Part shown: piece by piece, positions 12,219-24,152 of the stretch
Position numbering within the stretch: position 1 is the first letter of the stretch
Layout: each line of letters begins with the position of its first letter
Source of the DNA: Albugo candida
Taxonomy: Eukaryota
DNA: 64,000 bases
Direction of reading: 5' to 3'
NCBI GenBank assembly: GCA_040437565.1
Contig: JBDOQK010000064.1
Coordinates: 62,001-126,000, forward strand
Program-made: the position numbers and the translations under genes
Notes under the pieces: model-generated
What the model saw: the letters and a program-made list of their open reading frames with translations, nothing else
The model's database searches: none
What the model was told of the DNA's origin: nothing

Positions 12219-12503
12219 ATGCTTCGTTTTCATCGATGGTCCCTGCGACTTTGTCTTGCTGCTGTATTGTGGCTTGTAACGTTGAAAGCGGTCGATCATT
12301 TCACAACAAATGCGGGAATACAACATTGCATCCGTTACCTCCCTGTGTATGCCGTTGGAATGCTTGGAATCTACTCTGTTATCACGATTGTAGCCAACGT
12401 TATGATGATTACAGATTGTCCGCAAGCTGCAAAAGAGTTGGAAAACGACATTCAGAATGCGAAACACGACTTACATAAAAGAGGCCTTAATTTCGAAACA
12501 TAA
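12219..12503 (+). CDS. DPM3: Dolichol-phosphate mannosyltransferase subunit 3
   Basis: 94 aa with two hydrophobic segments, LPVY..LGIYS, followed by the DCPQAAKELENDIQNAKHDLHKRG signature. Confidence 0.9.
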   Translation: MLRFHRWSLRLCLAAVLWLVTLKAVDHFTTNAGIQHCIRYLPVYAVGMLGIYSVITIVANVMMITDCPQAAKELENDIQNAKHDLHKRGLNFET

Positions 12504-14325
12504 TTGAGAGCGAAATACAAGTTTTTTGTTTTCTTTGATGCATTTTGGCATGTAAGAAAGAATGTTTTTTTCCATTACACGACGCTGATTTCGATGTTGA
12601 TGGATTTTCGTGCAAGAAGATGTGTTTGCATACATTCAGATCAACATGTTGCACAGAAGCTTTGGTAGTCTTTCGAGGTCAATAGTTATTGACAATATCG
12701 TGTCTATATAACACTAGCGGCCTACTGACATCTCCGCTACCTTTACTTGATACACTGCTTTGCTATCTAAAGCGCACAAAAGAGCCTGTGAGAAAGATAC
12801 CGCTAAGCGCTCGAATTCGGCTCTAAATTCGTTTCTTTTTCCCCTCAAACGCTCAATGTATACGCAAGCCAATCTTGACAATGACATTCCATATTCCTTC
12901 TTTGTGACCCCAGCGATATATGGACATTTTTCATGTAAGCTTGCCGAGTCGATATTCTTGATCAGCATATGCATACAAATGTGAGTGGGACGACTATTTA
13001 GGCAAACCTGGGTACACGAAGAATTAATTGTAGAGAACGGCAGTTAAAGTTTGAAATGGAGTGGGGCAGTCATGAACGTCCTGGTTAAAGGCGATACAGG
13101 TGTACCCATGTGATGACATTGTTCAAACGGCATAAGAATATATGTCAATTGAGAAGGCGTACAAAGCCTGTAAGAAATTGCATGGTTGCGGTTTTCTTGA
13201 TTCGAAGGAAGTAACTATTATTTCGTGCACAAAAGTTGATGACGTCACAGTACGACAGACGATTGCATCGTATTTTCAGTGTTAAGTGACCATTTAAGGC
13301 AAACGTTCGGCCTTGGATCCCCTTTTCACGAAGTAAGTTTGAATTCAGCATTACCAGTTATAGACAATGCTTCTTTAATCATGACTGAGGAGTGCAGCGT
13401 GCAGTCCGTAGTAGAAGATGTACAATTGTGTTCGAAGTCGGAAAGATATTCACAAAAAGTTTTGCTCACTCATTGTAATTAGATATCTCCATGTCAGAGC
13501 CGCGTTGGTAGAAACACAATGACACACACGATTCACGCGAAGAACACTCTTACAAAGGCGATCTTTGACTGTTATCTATTCATTGTACGTGTATAATGCA
13601 TAGCGTGGTGACCAGAGTACTCTTCACTGAGATTAAATTGTCACCCAGCGCTTGATCAATTTATTCGGTCGAATTGATTATAGCAGTAGGTAAAACTAGA
13701 TATTTGGTGGCAGTAGAAATCCAGTTGCACACATTATGACTGCATCGTCAGAGTGTCAGCGATGAGACGGCGATAGCAGCGCTTTTGTATGTTCTAAGGT
13801 GCGATAATCTGTGATCACGCAAGTTGGTAGGTACAGGGTAGACCTCCCTTACGGGAAAAGGCTGTTACGCTTTGGATCTTCTCTCAGTTCCTTGCTGCGC
13901 TGCACTCTCAGAACCAAAATCTAAGCTTTTGTGCTCTCGACGACATTGGTCAACTGTCAACCAATTGTCGACTTGTAGCAAGAAATAAGAGTCGGGCTAG
14001 TATAAAGGATGGAAAGGATTGGTTGAAATCGTCTCATGCATTTTTCATCCATGTAAATACTCTACCATTTATCTTTTGTCCATTCATCCGGGAGAATGAT
14101 GAGAACATACTCAATATCTTCTCACGACGGTCATCTGATGCTCTTAGAGTATAATGATTACAATTTTGAGATACAAATTGATTCTGATTCCCTTGTGCAC
14201 TTTTCTCTTTAAATGTGTAAATGAGGAAATCAAACAACTAATCTGTCAATCCACAGAGTCATTGACGTTGAAGAACCAAAAATTTAACTGCAATCTGATA
14301 CACAATGAGAGTGCACACCGACTGA

Positions 14326-16594
14326 CTAATGACTACTGACTTTGCTTAAACCGGCTTGATCTGCAAACTGTATCTCATGCGCACGATCCACGCCAACTTG
14401 ATTTCCAATGCTATCGAGCCACGTCATTGATCCATTTGCGTCGTATCGAATAAGTTGACCGTTTGTGAGTTTGATTTCACGCACGCCATTAGGACGTTCT
14501 ATCATTTGTGTTCCGTCAGGAAACGTCGACACCTCCATGCCATCCGTTTCGATGCACTTGAAAATTCCATCAGGAAATTTAATCTCGGTTCGGCCATTCG
14601 GATAGTTAGTCTCAATTTGATGATTGGGGAACTCGTAGACTTTAGTTTGGTCCGCAAAAGTTGTAAGCTTTGTCTGAGCTTCCGCATAGAAATACACAGA
14701 TGTGCCGGACTGCGGGTCGAGATCTTTAGTGTCTCCATTTGTGAATTGAATATGAATACTACCGTCCGCGCTGATGCGCTTCCTGTTCCCATCTGGATAC
14801 ACAATCTCTTTTGTCTGGTCTGAAAGTACATGCTGCTTCTTCTGTGCATCGTCGTGCTGACTACCATCTTGAAAAAAAAGCTGCTCCGGTGGATTATTCG
14901 TATTTTTACTTGGCTCGCTTGTAGGCGTCGAACTTGCGGACGCTGAAGCTGTAGTTGTTGACCGTGAAGACTCAAAAGTTGGTGCTTTCTCCTGTGCGGC
15001 CGATGGCGATCGGATTGGATCATAGCGATTCGGATCATAGTGCTGGTGCTGATGCCGCATCTTTTCTGCGGGAGGCGCAGGTGGCCATACATTATCGTTC
15101 AATTTTTCATGCTGATCACTGATTGTGGACTCTTCTTGCAGAGTGTGCTGATCTATAAGCTTTCCTTTTTTCATTGTAGCAGTACGAGACGAAGAAGTTC
15201 CTTTTCTTCCACACGACCAATGCTGTAATCGCTCTTTCTCCAAATATCGAACTTCTTCGACCATTTCCTGCAACTGCGTTTCCAGCTCCTTCACTCTCTG
15301 TCGAAGCACTTGATTGTTCGCTTTATACTTTTGCCGCTGTTGTCGCTCGTCGAGTTGCATTTTTACAATTTGAGCTCGTAATGCTTCCACTTGCGAACGT
15401 GTCTCTTTATTCTTTTCATGACTACACTGAGCTGCCTGTAATCGAGCCTTCCATTGCCGCTCGTGAGCAATTTGTTCCTTATCGATTCGCGCTTGTTCCT
15501 GTTGCAAGAATTGCTTCATTCTGGTCGTCTCCTTCTCACAATGCTGTTCAAAATTCTCTTTTGCGGCTTCCAGAGTTTGCCATTCTTGTCGATTAGTAGC
15601 TGCTTGCGTCTTGACTTGCGATGACAAGCGTTGATACGTTTGAATCTCATAATCCAACTCGCGCAATCTTTCTTGTAACATAATCGGAAGGTCTTGGCTC
15701 CCATCCGCGGGCACAAAAGGCTCGATGTCATCCGACTTTTTCGATCCGACGCTTTGATCAACCGAAGCGGATGTGACCTTATTTTTCCGCAGAAAAGGAG
15801 TTGAGTTTGCATTGAGTCTTCTCTTTAGCGATTTGAGTGCGTTCGCTTGAACAAAATTCGATTTTGAATGGCCATCCGTGCTCTCAGCGGTGTCTTTCAA
15901 ATGTGCGTCCTTCCATCCGTTCTCTGACATCCGATGCCATCCGATGGTCGATGATCTCGAGGGTGAATTACTCAGTATACTCTGTTGTCCTAGCGTGGTA
16001 TTGTCCTCCCACGGCTCGGAATCATCGATACTCAATGCGCTTAATTCCGAACATGATACCTTTGTCGTGAGGTTTAATTCCTTCCTCTCGTCGGTGTTTA
16101 CTGGTTGTCGTTCTACATCCCTGATTTCATTTGGATCCTGCCAATGCCAATTCGATCCTTCCTGTGAGGTTTCAGTGATAAATAAAAGTTTTTCATTCGC
16201 GAGATCGCGTTCTAAAGTCTCAAATTCCGCTAATTCATGCGCTTCTTTGGCTGCATCGGCTTCGAAAGAACGACATGAGCTACTGTTACTTTGGCTCTCT
16301 CTAAGCGACGATTGATCAAGTAACGCTTTCCGTCCATTTTCTCGATTTTCAATTTCATGTCGTTCTACAGTCAGCGTGTAAGACAGGATTAGAGGCTTTT
16401 ACATAGTAAATGAAGGTACCGATTTCGTCGCTGAATGTAGCATAGGATTCGGAATCACTTGCATTATGATGATCATATTCATGATACCTTCTTCCTTCAT
16501 CGATTTCACTCCAAACGTTGGAATTTCGGCGCAAATGTGGGTCACGATCGCTCATCAAATCGCATTCCATTGTATTCGCGATGCTTCCTTTCAT
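14326..16594 (-). CDS. CENPJ: Centriolar protein SAS-4/CPAP/CENPJ; intron near 16368-16419
   Basis: ELAEFETLE motif, long coiled coil and a C-terminal glycine-repeat TCP10/G-box domain (YPDGNRK, FTNGDTK, YFYAEAQT, FPNHQIE, FPDG). Start codon uncertain (16594 or 16570). Confidence 0.85.
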
Positions 16595-16770
16595 TATGAA
16601 TATGTACGATGTATAACATGCTACAGGATAATAACTTGAACAGGTAAACAGACGCATGGAGCGCTCTTGCGATATGAATGCACGCTTCTTTTCGCATTGT
16701 ACTATTATCAAATTTACTGAATATGGTACACAAACACCTGTGCAGAAATCCTAACATGATAAGAAACTAC

Positions 16771-18909
16771 TCATTCGTCTGTAAATCCCGTGACTTCCAT
16801 ATTAATAACCAGAGATAACACTTCTTCCATTTCGGCTTTGGCTTTGTATATCGGTAAATCGATCCGGTTGAAGCACGTGTGAGCTCGAGGGTACGCATTC
16901 TCTGGATACGGAACCGCTTTCAGCGTAAAATGACAAATTCGACCATCATAACTGGTCAATGCTTTGAATCCTTGCACGGGGACCCGAGAGGACCCAGTAG
17001 TAAATTGTAGCAACCGTGCACGTTCTTCGTCAGTGAATGACTCGACAACCTCCCAAAACCATCCAAGCAATTGTTCTGGAAGTTCTTCGGATACTTGTGT
17101 GTGTGCCTTCCAGTCTTCTACATCAATTGAGGGAACGCCACATAAAACTAGTTCGAGTTCCTGATAATCAAACACTAAAATGAGCTCTTGCGGAATCACT
17201 TCAAACACACCAGCCATCAAATGCTGCAATTGTTCGGCAAATGAATCCAGCATAATGTGACGAAGACGGAGGTAAATGTACTCGTGTTTGTTTGCATCCG
17301 TCACTTCGATTTGTCTTCCATTTTCCTTTAAATCGATAATTTCCACCTCGCCCGATAATCTTCGATTAACAACACTGAAATCCAAGCAGAGAGCTTCCAT
17401 TCCGTCGTTTTCCTTCATCCATTTCAATGACTTATGCACTTCTTGGTCGTAAAACTCTAAATCACTGAATGAGATCGGAACACCCAATAAATGTTTCAGC
17501 ATCGGTAGTGCTAAATGAGCTCGCATCAGTTGACCTTCTAACAATGCACGACCCAACAATCGTCCAGCACCTCGGAAATAGAGCAAGTGGTCCGCTGAAG
17601 CTTCTACAGAGTTCGGATTGATCACATACGCTAATGAGTCAACATGAGCGCACATAAACAATCCAATGGTTTCATCGAATAATCGTTCCGTGACGAGTGA
17701 AAACCATTCCCGTTCCAAGCCGCCCGCGTCAATTGCAACTTCTCCAATGAATTCGATGCGCAGTGGCATGTGAATATGTTCCATTTGAACACCGAGCAAT
17801 TGTTCCATACTTTCGACCAATATATTTTCACGATGGACGCGCATTTTCAAGTGTCCATCTTCCCAAGGTTTTATCAATGCAGACGTTTGCTCGAGAAACC
17901 AGGCGTATTTGTCTTTGAATGGTAGCGCGGCCACTTGTTCGAGGACCTCCAAATCCTGTTCCGAGATCTCGTACCCGCGTGAGGCCACTCGAGCATCGAC
18001 TTCTTGATACTCTTTAAAAGTCATTCGACCTTCTGGATGACGCGGAGTTTGTGCCATTTGGGATACAAAGGCAAGCGAGCGCTGATGGGCCAGCTCATTG
18101 GCTTCTGATCCTTCGTGCTCGCGGTTATTCGCATTAACGGAATCGAAATGGGAATCTGATTCGCCATTGTGGTCCACATTGATTGATATTTGCGGGATAT
18201 TTGGTTTGTCGGACGGTGGTGTGGTCACACTAGTATTGGTGGAGCTGGTCGGCGAACGACTTGTATCAGGATGGCGACTTCGAAAAGCTGCCTCACGACG
18301 AGCCCAATACCGTTTACCATCCATTCCAACCTTGCGAACCCAGTCGTTACGATTTCGAGCGCCACGTTGCCGTGCATTCAGCATGTTGAGTCGACGGATG
18401 GCAAAGGATCTCGTGCGGTTAAATGATTTCTCACGATTTAGAGTCGATAGAGATCGACTGGAAAGGTTCGGATTATGGACCGCGGTTGTGTTTCCGTTGA
18501 GTTGTTTGAGGGAACTGGAAGACGTGGATACGATTGAGCCCGCCAGGGGCGAATGTAAGCCTAATGTGAAACCACGCTCTGTGCCACACAGAATACAATT
18601 TCGCGCGCTTTGTTTGTTTTGAAAATCACATACTTCACACTTCCACTGTTTACTAATTTCTTCCGAGGTTTCCTGCACATCCTGACGAGTAAGCGGTTGC
18701 CCATCTTCATTGTACTGTCCGCCCAAAAGTGGTTGTTGTAAGGTTTCGTCAAACCGAGCGCGCCGACAGCAATAATATATGATGATTACAAGAAGTAGAC
18801 CACCAGTAACGTAAGCCAACCACGTTGGTAAAGCGCCACCACGACCTTCGGCTGATACGTTCTTACATAAAATTAAAAAGTGTACGCTGTGGAGGTATAT
18901 AGAGTGCAT
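16771..18909 (-). CDS. HECT E3 ubiquitin ligase with predicted signal peptide, transmembrane helix and RanBP2 zinc finger
   Basis: C-terminal HECT domain (DAGGLEREWF, LLQFTTGSSRVP, PRAHTCFNRIDLP), WKCEVCDFQNKQSARNCILC zinc finger, and TM segment WLAYVTGGLLLVIIIYYCC. First in-frame ATG at 18909. Confidence 0.92.
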   Translation of the reverse strand: MHSIYLHSVHFLILCKNVSAEGRGGALPTWLAYVTGGLLLVIIIYYCCRRARFDETLQQPLLGGQYNEDGQPLTRQDVQETSEEISKQWKCEVCDFQNKQSARNCILCGTERGFTLGLHSPLAGSIVSTSSSSLKQLNGNTTAVHNPNLSSRSLSTLNREKSFNRTRSFAIRRLNMLNARQRGARNRNDWVRKVGMDGKRYWARREAAFRSRHPDTSRSPTSSTNTSVTTPPSDKPNIPQISINVDHNGESDSHFDSVNANNREHEGSEANELAHQRSLAFVSQMAQTPRHPEGRMTFKEYQEVDARVASRGYEISEQDLEVLEQVAALPFKDKYAWFLEQTSALIKPWEDGHLKMRVHRENILVESMEQLLGVQMEHIHMPLRIEFIGEVAIDAGGLEREWFSLVTERLFDETIGLFMCAHVDSLAYVINPNSVEASADHLLYFRGAGRLLGRALLEGQLMRAHLALPMLKHLLGVPISFSDLEFYDQEVHKSLKWMKENDGMEALCLDFSVVNRRLSGEVEIIDLKENGRQIEVTDANKHEYIYLRLRHIMLDSFAEQLQHLMAGVFEVIPQELILVFDYQELELVLCGVPSIDVEDWKAHTQVSEELPEQLLGWFWEVVESFTDEERARLLQFTTGSSRVPVQGFKALTSYDGRICHFTLKAVPYPENAYPRAHTCFNRIDLPIYKAKAEMEEVLSLVINMEVTGFTDE

Positions 18910-19621
18910 GATGTTGACGGAACAAATCAAGATTTGCGGTGAAAGGGACACCCAAGTCGTTTACTTTGGGACGCCGTTTGAATCGGGTTGTTCAGGCACA
19001 CAATCCTCAACACGCTTTAAAAAAGAAAGAAAAAAGTGAGGGACAACTAATTTGAGAGTTAGAGTACATACACCAAACCGCTCTCGCCACTCTGCACCCC
19101 TAACCCGTTCCATTCTCTCGGAATTTGGGAATTTAGGCCATTGACATTCATCGGTTCCCCTACAAGAGCATTAGTCTGGTTAGGTTAACGTGTGCCATTA
19201 ATCAGTTCAGGAAGCAAATATCCCGAACCGCCCCTTTACAGACGATGTCCCTCCTTCTGCTTCATTGAAACCTCTGTGAGCTCGTATACCGAATAGAGCG
19301 CTCACAGTGAGCCATATGTTATGCATCGGCATGTCAGTCTACATAAGACCATCACTAATTGCATTAAACCGCCTATGCAGTTGCTTGATTCGTAGCTCAT
19401 TATGCGTTATTGCTACGACTGAAAACGGGTTTGGTAAGTAACGTTCTAAGTTTGTTAGACAGAGCGTTAAAAGCATCGACGCGTAAGAAAGCGCCCTTCA
19501 CACAAAATTGTAATCTGAATGTCGGTTTCATTTCAGCATTAATTGCCTCTTTCAATGACTACAGTTTTTCAAAATGCCGTCAGATGCAACGTCGCCCAGT
19601 AATAAGAGATCTGACACTACA

Positions 19622-20000
19622 CTAATAAGTGTGTCCCGCGCTTGATTTCTTTTCACCCAGCTCGAAATGCTTTGTGCGTTTCATAGGAAGCTGTTTCTTG
19701 GTTTTGCACTCTTTGCATTCCATTCGGAGCGTGATCTTTTTTGTGGTTTTCGCCTGCTCAGAGGAACAAGAATCACTGTCACAACGACTATTCCGGTACT
19801 AAAGAAGAGTCACTTGCCTTTTTGTGAAAAATAGGTTTGGTTTGACCTCCAAAACCCTTCTGCTTCTCTTTATAACGACGTGCACCTTGCGCATATTTGG
19901 ACGCTTTTCCAGCTTTATATTGTGTGATCTTATGCACCGTGTGTTTTTGACACTTTTTGCCTTTGCAATAGGTACGACGTTCCTTTGGCATGTTGACCAT
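19622..20000 (-). CDS. RPL36A: 60S ribosomal protein eL42 (L36a/L44); GC-AG intron 19754-19817
   Basis: [52 protein letters not shown]. Confidence 0.97.
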
Positions 20001-20286
20001 CTTGACTGACTAAATACACTACAATACAGCACACATACTCTGCATCAGCACCTTGATTGCTTGCTTAATAACGTCAAAGCTGATTCTTAGCGTCCGATTA
20101 CCTTCCGACACAAATGCGCTTTTCCACAGCCAATCGTATGGCGAGCAATGAGTGCAGATAAGACGTCCTGATTGGTTTATATTCAGACTCGGTTTTAAAC
20201 CGCTTCTTCCACTACACGTTTATATATTATCGCACTTAATATTTCCAAACCCACGGTGGGTCGACTGCGCACCTAACTAAAGTCCG

Positions 20287-21016
20287 CTACTTGGTGATGG
20301 AGCGTGCAAAAATCGCGCGTTCTTCGTGATGCAGGTCGACCGCATTCGGGTACCAAGCATCGTTTCCCTGAGCACAAGTATGAGAACTCATTACTGCTAA
20401 TGAAAAGTCACCTACCACCTCCATGTGCCCAGCAAACTCCATTCGAAACGGCAATCGTTCCACACGCAGCGATACGACATGGTCGTCCACCGCCATGCGA
20501 CCAGCAAAGACCTTTTGCTTTGGCTCGGTTGATGCAGTTTGGCATTTTACACTGAATGGATCCACCTACATGACCACTTTAAGCGTCAATTATCAAGCTG
20601 CTTTGCTCCTCTACCGTGTTTCCAGCATCGTCGAGAATGTTTGGCACGCTTCATACAGTCTTCCACCATGCAAAATTTACTGCTCTATGTAAATACGTCA
20701 TCGAATGCAGTTCAATATGGATATAGTGTACCTTTTTTGACTGCTTTGCTGTATCAGAACTAGAGTCTGTCAGTCCAGAATCTGCAGGGTTTCTGGATTG
20801 TACACTAGAAGCGTTCGATTCATAGTCTGATTCAAGTGCAAAACACTTTAGGTTTTGCCCGATATGAACGCATTCAAGGAGCTTACTTTGGTACGTTTCA
20901 AATACGTCGGAGCTGGTATCTGTAAAATTCCCGTTTTCACTGCTCAAGATAAACTGAATAGAGGTTTTTGCAAGCAGAGTCGACATGATCAAGAGTGTGT
21001 GATCACAATCATGCAC
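20287..21016 (-). CDS. Hypothetical protein, probably multi-exon
   Basis: Two protein-like ORFs on the same strand (20651-21016 and 20287-20565). No recognised domain; exon structure unresolved. Confidence 0.35.
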
Positions 21017-21590
21017 AGATAGTCAAAATATTTTGAAACATTCGTGACAGCATCCCTTTTTGATTGGCATCAGAATCCTCGGCTTTAATTGGAAATTTGT
21101 GCACCTTTAGTGTCACGTCGAAACGGGATAAAGAAAATGCTGACGAATTGGACCTGTAATTTAGAAGCAGAGGTCAAATGTCGCAATGTATACTGTAGCT
21201 GTTATGCGTCATCCAGGTTGAGGTAGGGTAGGAAACGTTGCCAGATTTTCACATGTAGGCTTCTTTACAAGTTGTCCTCTCAATTTAATTACGAGCTAAT
21301 TGACTTTAAACCAATAAGAACAGAAGCTGCAAGTAATCATGCAATTTGACTTTAGACGGTTGCCACATGTGAGCTCCGTCGGATTCTAAATTTTACTGAT
21401 TTCCCGCTGATCGACTTGAAAATTTCAAAATCGGACGTAGACAGTTCTTTTCTTTCCAGAGAAATTTGAGGGTTACCTGGTACATAAAGACGCATTTTTT
21501 TCCACTGATACGCATGTGTTCATACTTGACAGTTATCTTTACTTTCGTATGGATACCTTTATGTGAATAAAAACATTCAGACCGCTTCAA

Positions 21591-23122
21591 TCAGAAATAG
21601 GATTGGAGCTCGCCCCGTCTCCGTATGTCGACTGTGGCACAATGGAAGGATCCTCCGAACGGCATAAAATTTCGGAAAGGTACCGGAATCACCTCAAATC
21701 CCCAACTCCGAAACGCTTCCTGAGCACGTTTCTCATGAGCTTCAACAATGAGTGTACCAGGACGAAGTACCAAGACATTACATGTCGCAGTCCACGGACT
21801 CGTGAAAAACAGCGGGTGATCCTTTGAGAGCTCTGGCTCTGGTGCAATAAAAATCTCCCATCCTCGAAACATTTCTGGCAATCGGTACTCGTAGTTTCTT
21901 CCATTGAACGTGTACGTTTTCATTGGTACACCAGTGGTACAAGGTCGGAACGGATTGACTAAAATCTGACCGGGACGTAAGGGCACAAACGTCCCATCAA
22001 TATGCATCGCATTTCGATCTTGGAAATCTAGCACGTGGATTTGATACTTGTCGCCGAGATGTCGGCGAAGCCAATTGATTCCAAATTCATTAGTCACCTG
22101 GCTTCTTTGAGTGAATATGTCACGACCCATGCGCGTGAATTCGGCTGCATCAAACGTAGGCTCAAATTCTGTGATCACAGACTTCTCGTTTGATTAGAAG
22201 GGAAAGGAACGGATACTAACACTTGCCTCAAATGCTCCGTTCTCCGGCTTCCAGTTTTCATTGTATAACTCGTTACTCATTTGAGGCTTGGGTGCAGCTG
22301 TCCAATGTGCTCCTTGCTGGTGCACGTAATTAAAAGACATCCTTTCAGATAAGTCAAGTACCTTGAAATATTCTTTGATGAGATTTCTGTAAGGACGATA
22401 TTCAAAAAACCGTGATCGCCAGGCCATCGGTGCCTCCATGATCTCGTCTCCAAATACGATCAAAACATCGCGGGGCATAGCCCCATACAATTGAGAAGAA
22501 CATTTGAAATCCGGTGTTTGAATTGGGGTTGAAAAATCTTTGGGCTGTGTGGATGGTCGCCGGACAACGACTCCTTCATCTTGCAAAACTTTGGCGAGGT
22601 GGTCCAATTCAGCTTGAGCACCTNNNNNNNNNNNNNNNNNNNNNNNNNNNNNNNNNNNNNNNNNNNNNNNNNNNNNNNNNNNNNNNNNNNNNNNNNNNNN
22701 NNNNNNNNNNNNNNNNNNNNNNNTTGAGAAGAACATTTGAAATCCGGTGTTTGAATTGGGGTTGAAAAATCTTTGGGCTGTGTGGATGGCCGCCGGACAA
22801 CGACTCCTTCATCTTGCAAAACTTTGGCGAGGTGGTCCAATTCAGCTTGAGCACCTTTTATCAAATCGCTGGGAAACTGATGACCAGATTCGTTTTTGAA
22901 CATATTCCACCATTTAGGCGGCCAGACAGCTTTTCCTGCCACATGCCATTCCGGGATAGTAGCTCCTTCGACTCGACCGACAATGACCTCTTCCAATGGA
23001 TCCCACTCGTTGTGTGAATTGACACCAGTGGAAATTGTAGCGGCTTGTAATCTATAAAGTGGGATAGAAGCTCTAACATGAAGATATCGATGTGGTAACG
23101 TAGCAGTCCCAAATGCATGCAT
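21591..23122 (-). CDS. GATM: L-arginine amidinotransferase (glycine amidinotransferase family); two short introns and a gap with duplicated flank
   Basis: [56 protein letters not shown] and [15 protein letters not shown], containing the Asp-His-Cys catalytic triad. Confidence 0.93.
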
Positions 23123-23384
23123 GTCGATCAAACAGATGCAAAATCTTTTGAGTAAATATTGACCTTTCAAGATACGATTGTGCTCAGATCTGAGGAAATC
23201 TGATTCTGTTTTGAGTATGATTTGAATGAAACGTGGACCGGAAGATGTATTGTTGCTACTCTCTCAAGTACGGCAATACATGCTTTTATTAGTGATCTAT
23301 AGGTTTCTTTGTACCTTATGAAGTGTGACTTTGTAGAATAAAATAGCGAGAATTGATACCAATCAGCTTCTGTCTACTAGAAGG

Positions 23385-24058
23385 ATGGAGCAAGAGCTTC
23401 TACATATGTTTCAGAGCATCACAACATCGGATCACGACGAACTAGTAGATCAATTCGCGTTCCTATTACAAACAGATGTATCGACTGCCAATTTTTTTCT
23501 GGAATCTTCCAACTGGAATGTGGAAACAGCTGCAAACATGTATTTATCGACAGTATATACATCGGACGGTGCAAGAAATGAATCACTCGAAACAGAGCCG
23601 CCGGAAAATTCCGACTGCACGCCCATGGACATCGTGGACACCAACACTTTGCAAGGAATGATGATCACTGATCTTTCAGAATCGTCACGAAAAGTATTCG
23701 CACCGGGATCAAATGTGACGATGGTAGCATCATGTGTATTGAAGCTCTTGAGAAAGGTTTCTAAGCAGTCCGTTTGTAGAATTGGACATTTGTAAACAGC
23801 GGGGAAGTCGACTGGCCGCTGGACACAGAGTTAGTTTGCATCCAAGGCCAGCATATTTGCAATCAAGAAGCTATTCCCGTAATGGCAAGGGCAAAAGAAA
23901 CCGTTCACGTCCCAATTTCATTGTGTATGCCATCTCATAGAGAAACAATCTCCAGCTGTTGGCGACTGCGCTCCGTGCGAAATGAGGTGTACTTTATTGA
24001 ACCTATTTGGCTAGTACTCAGCGTAGGAGATCCGGCAGACTGCATGGTAGATAACTGA
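23385..24058 (+). CDS. ILRUN/C6orf106-like protein (UBA-like plus NBR1 FW domain); intron about 23724-23780
   Basis: FQSITTSDHDELVDQF..FFLESSNWNVETA UBA-like N-terminus. Exon 2 reads WTFVNSGEVDWP..CWRL..FIEPIWLVLSV (FW domain). Confidence 0.85.
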
Positions 24059-24152
24059 AATGCTAGATCATGTTATATCTGTTACCAGACTGCCAGTGTC
24101 ACAAAGTATCAAGTATACAAATACTAAGATCAATTCGGATCATTTTCCTCCT

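Noticed and set aside
19822-19860. Possible cycloheximide-resistance allele in eL42
   Set aside because: The sequence reads GQTKPIF, retaining the Pro of the sensitive type.
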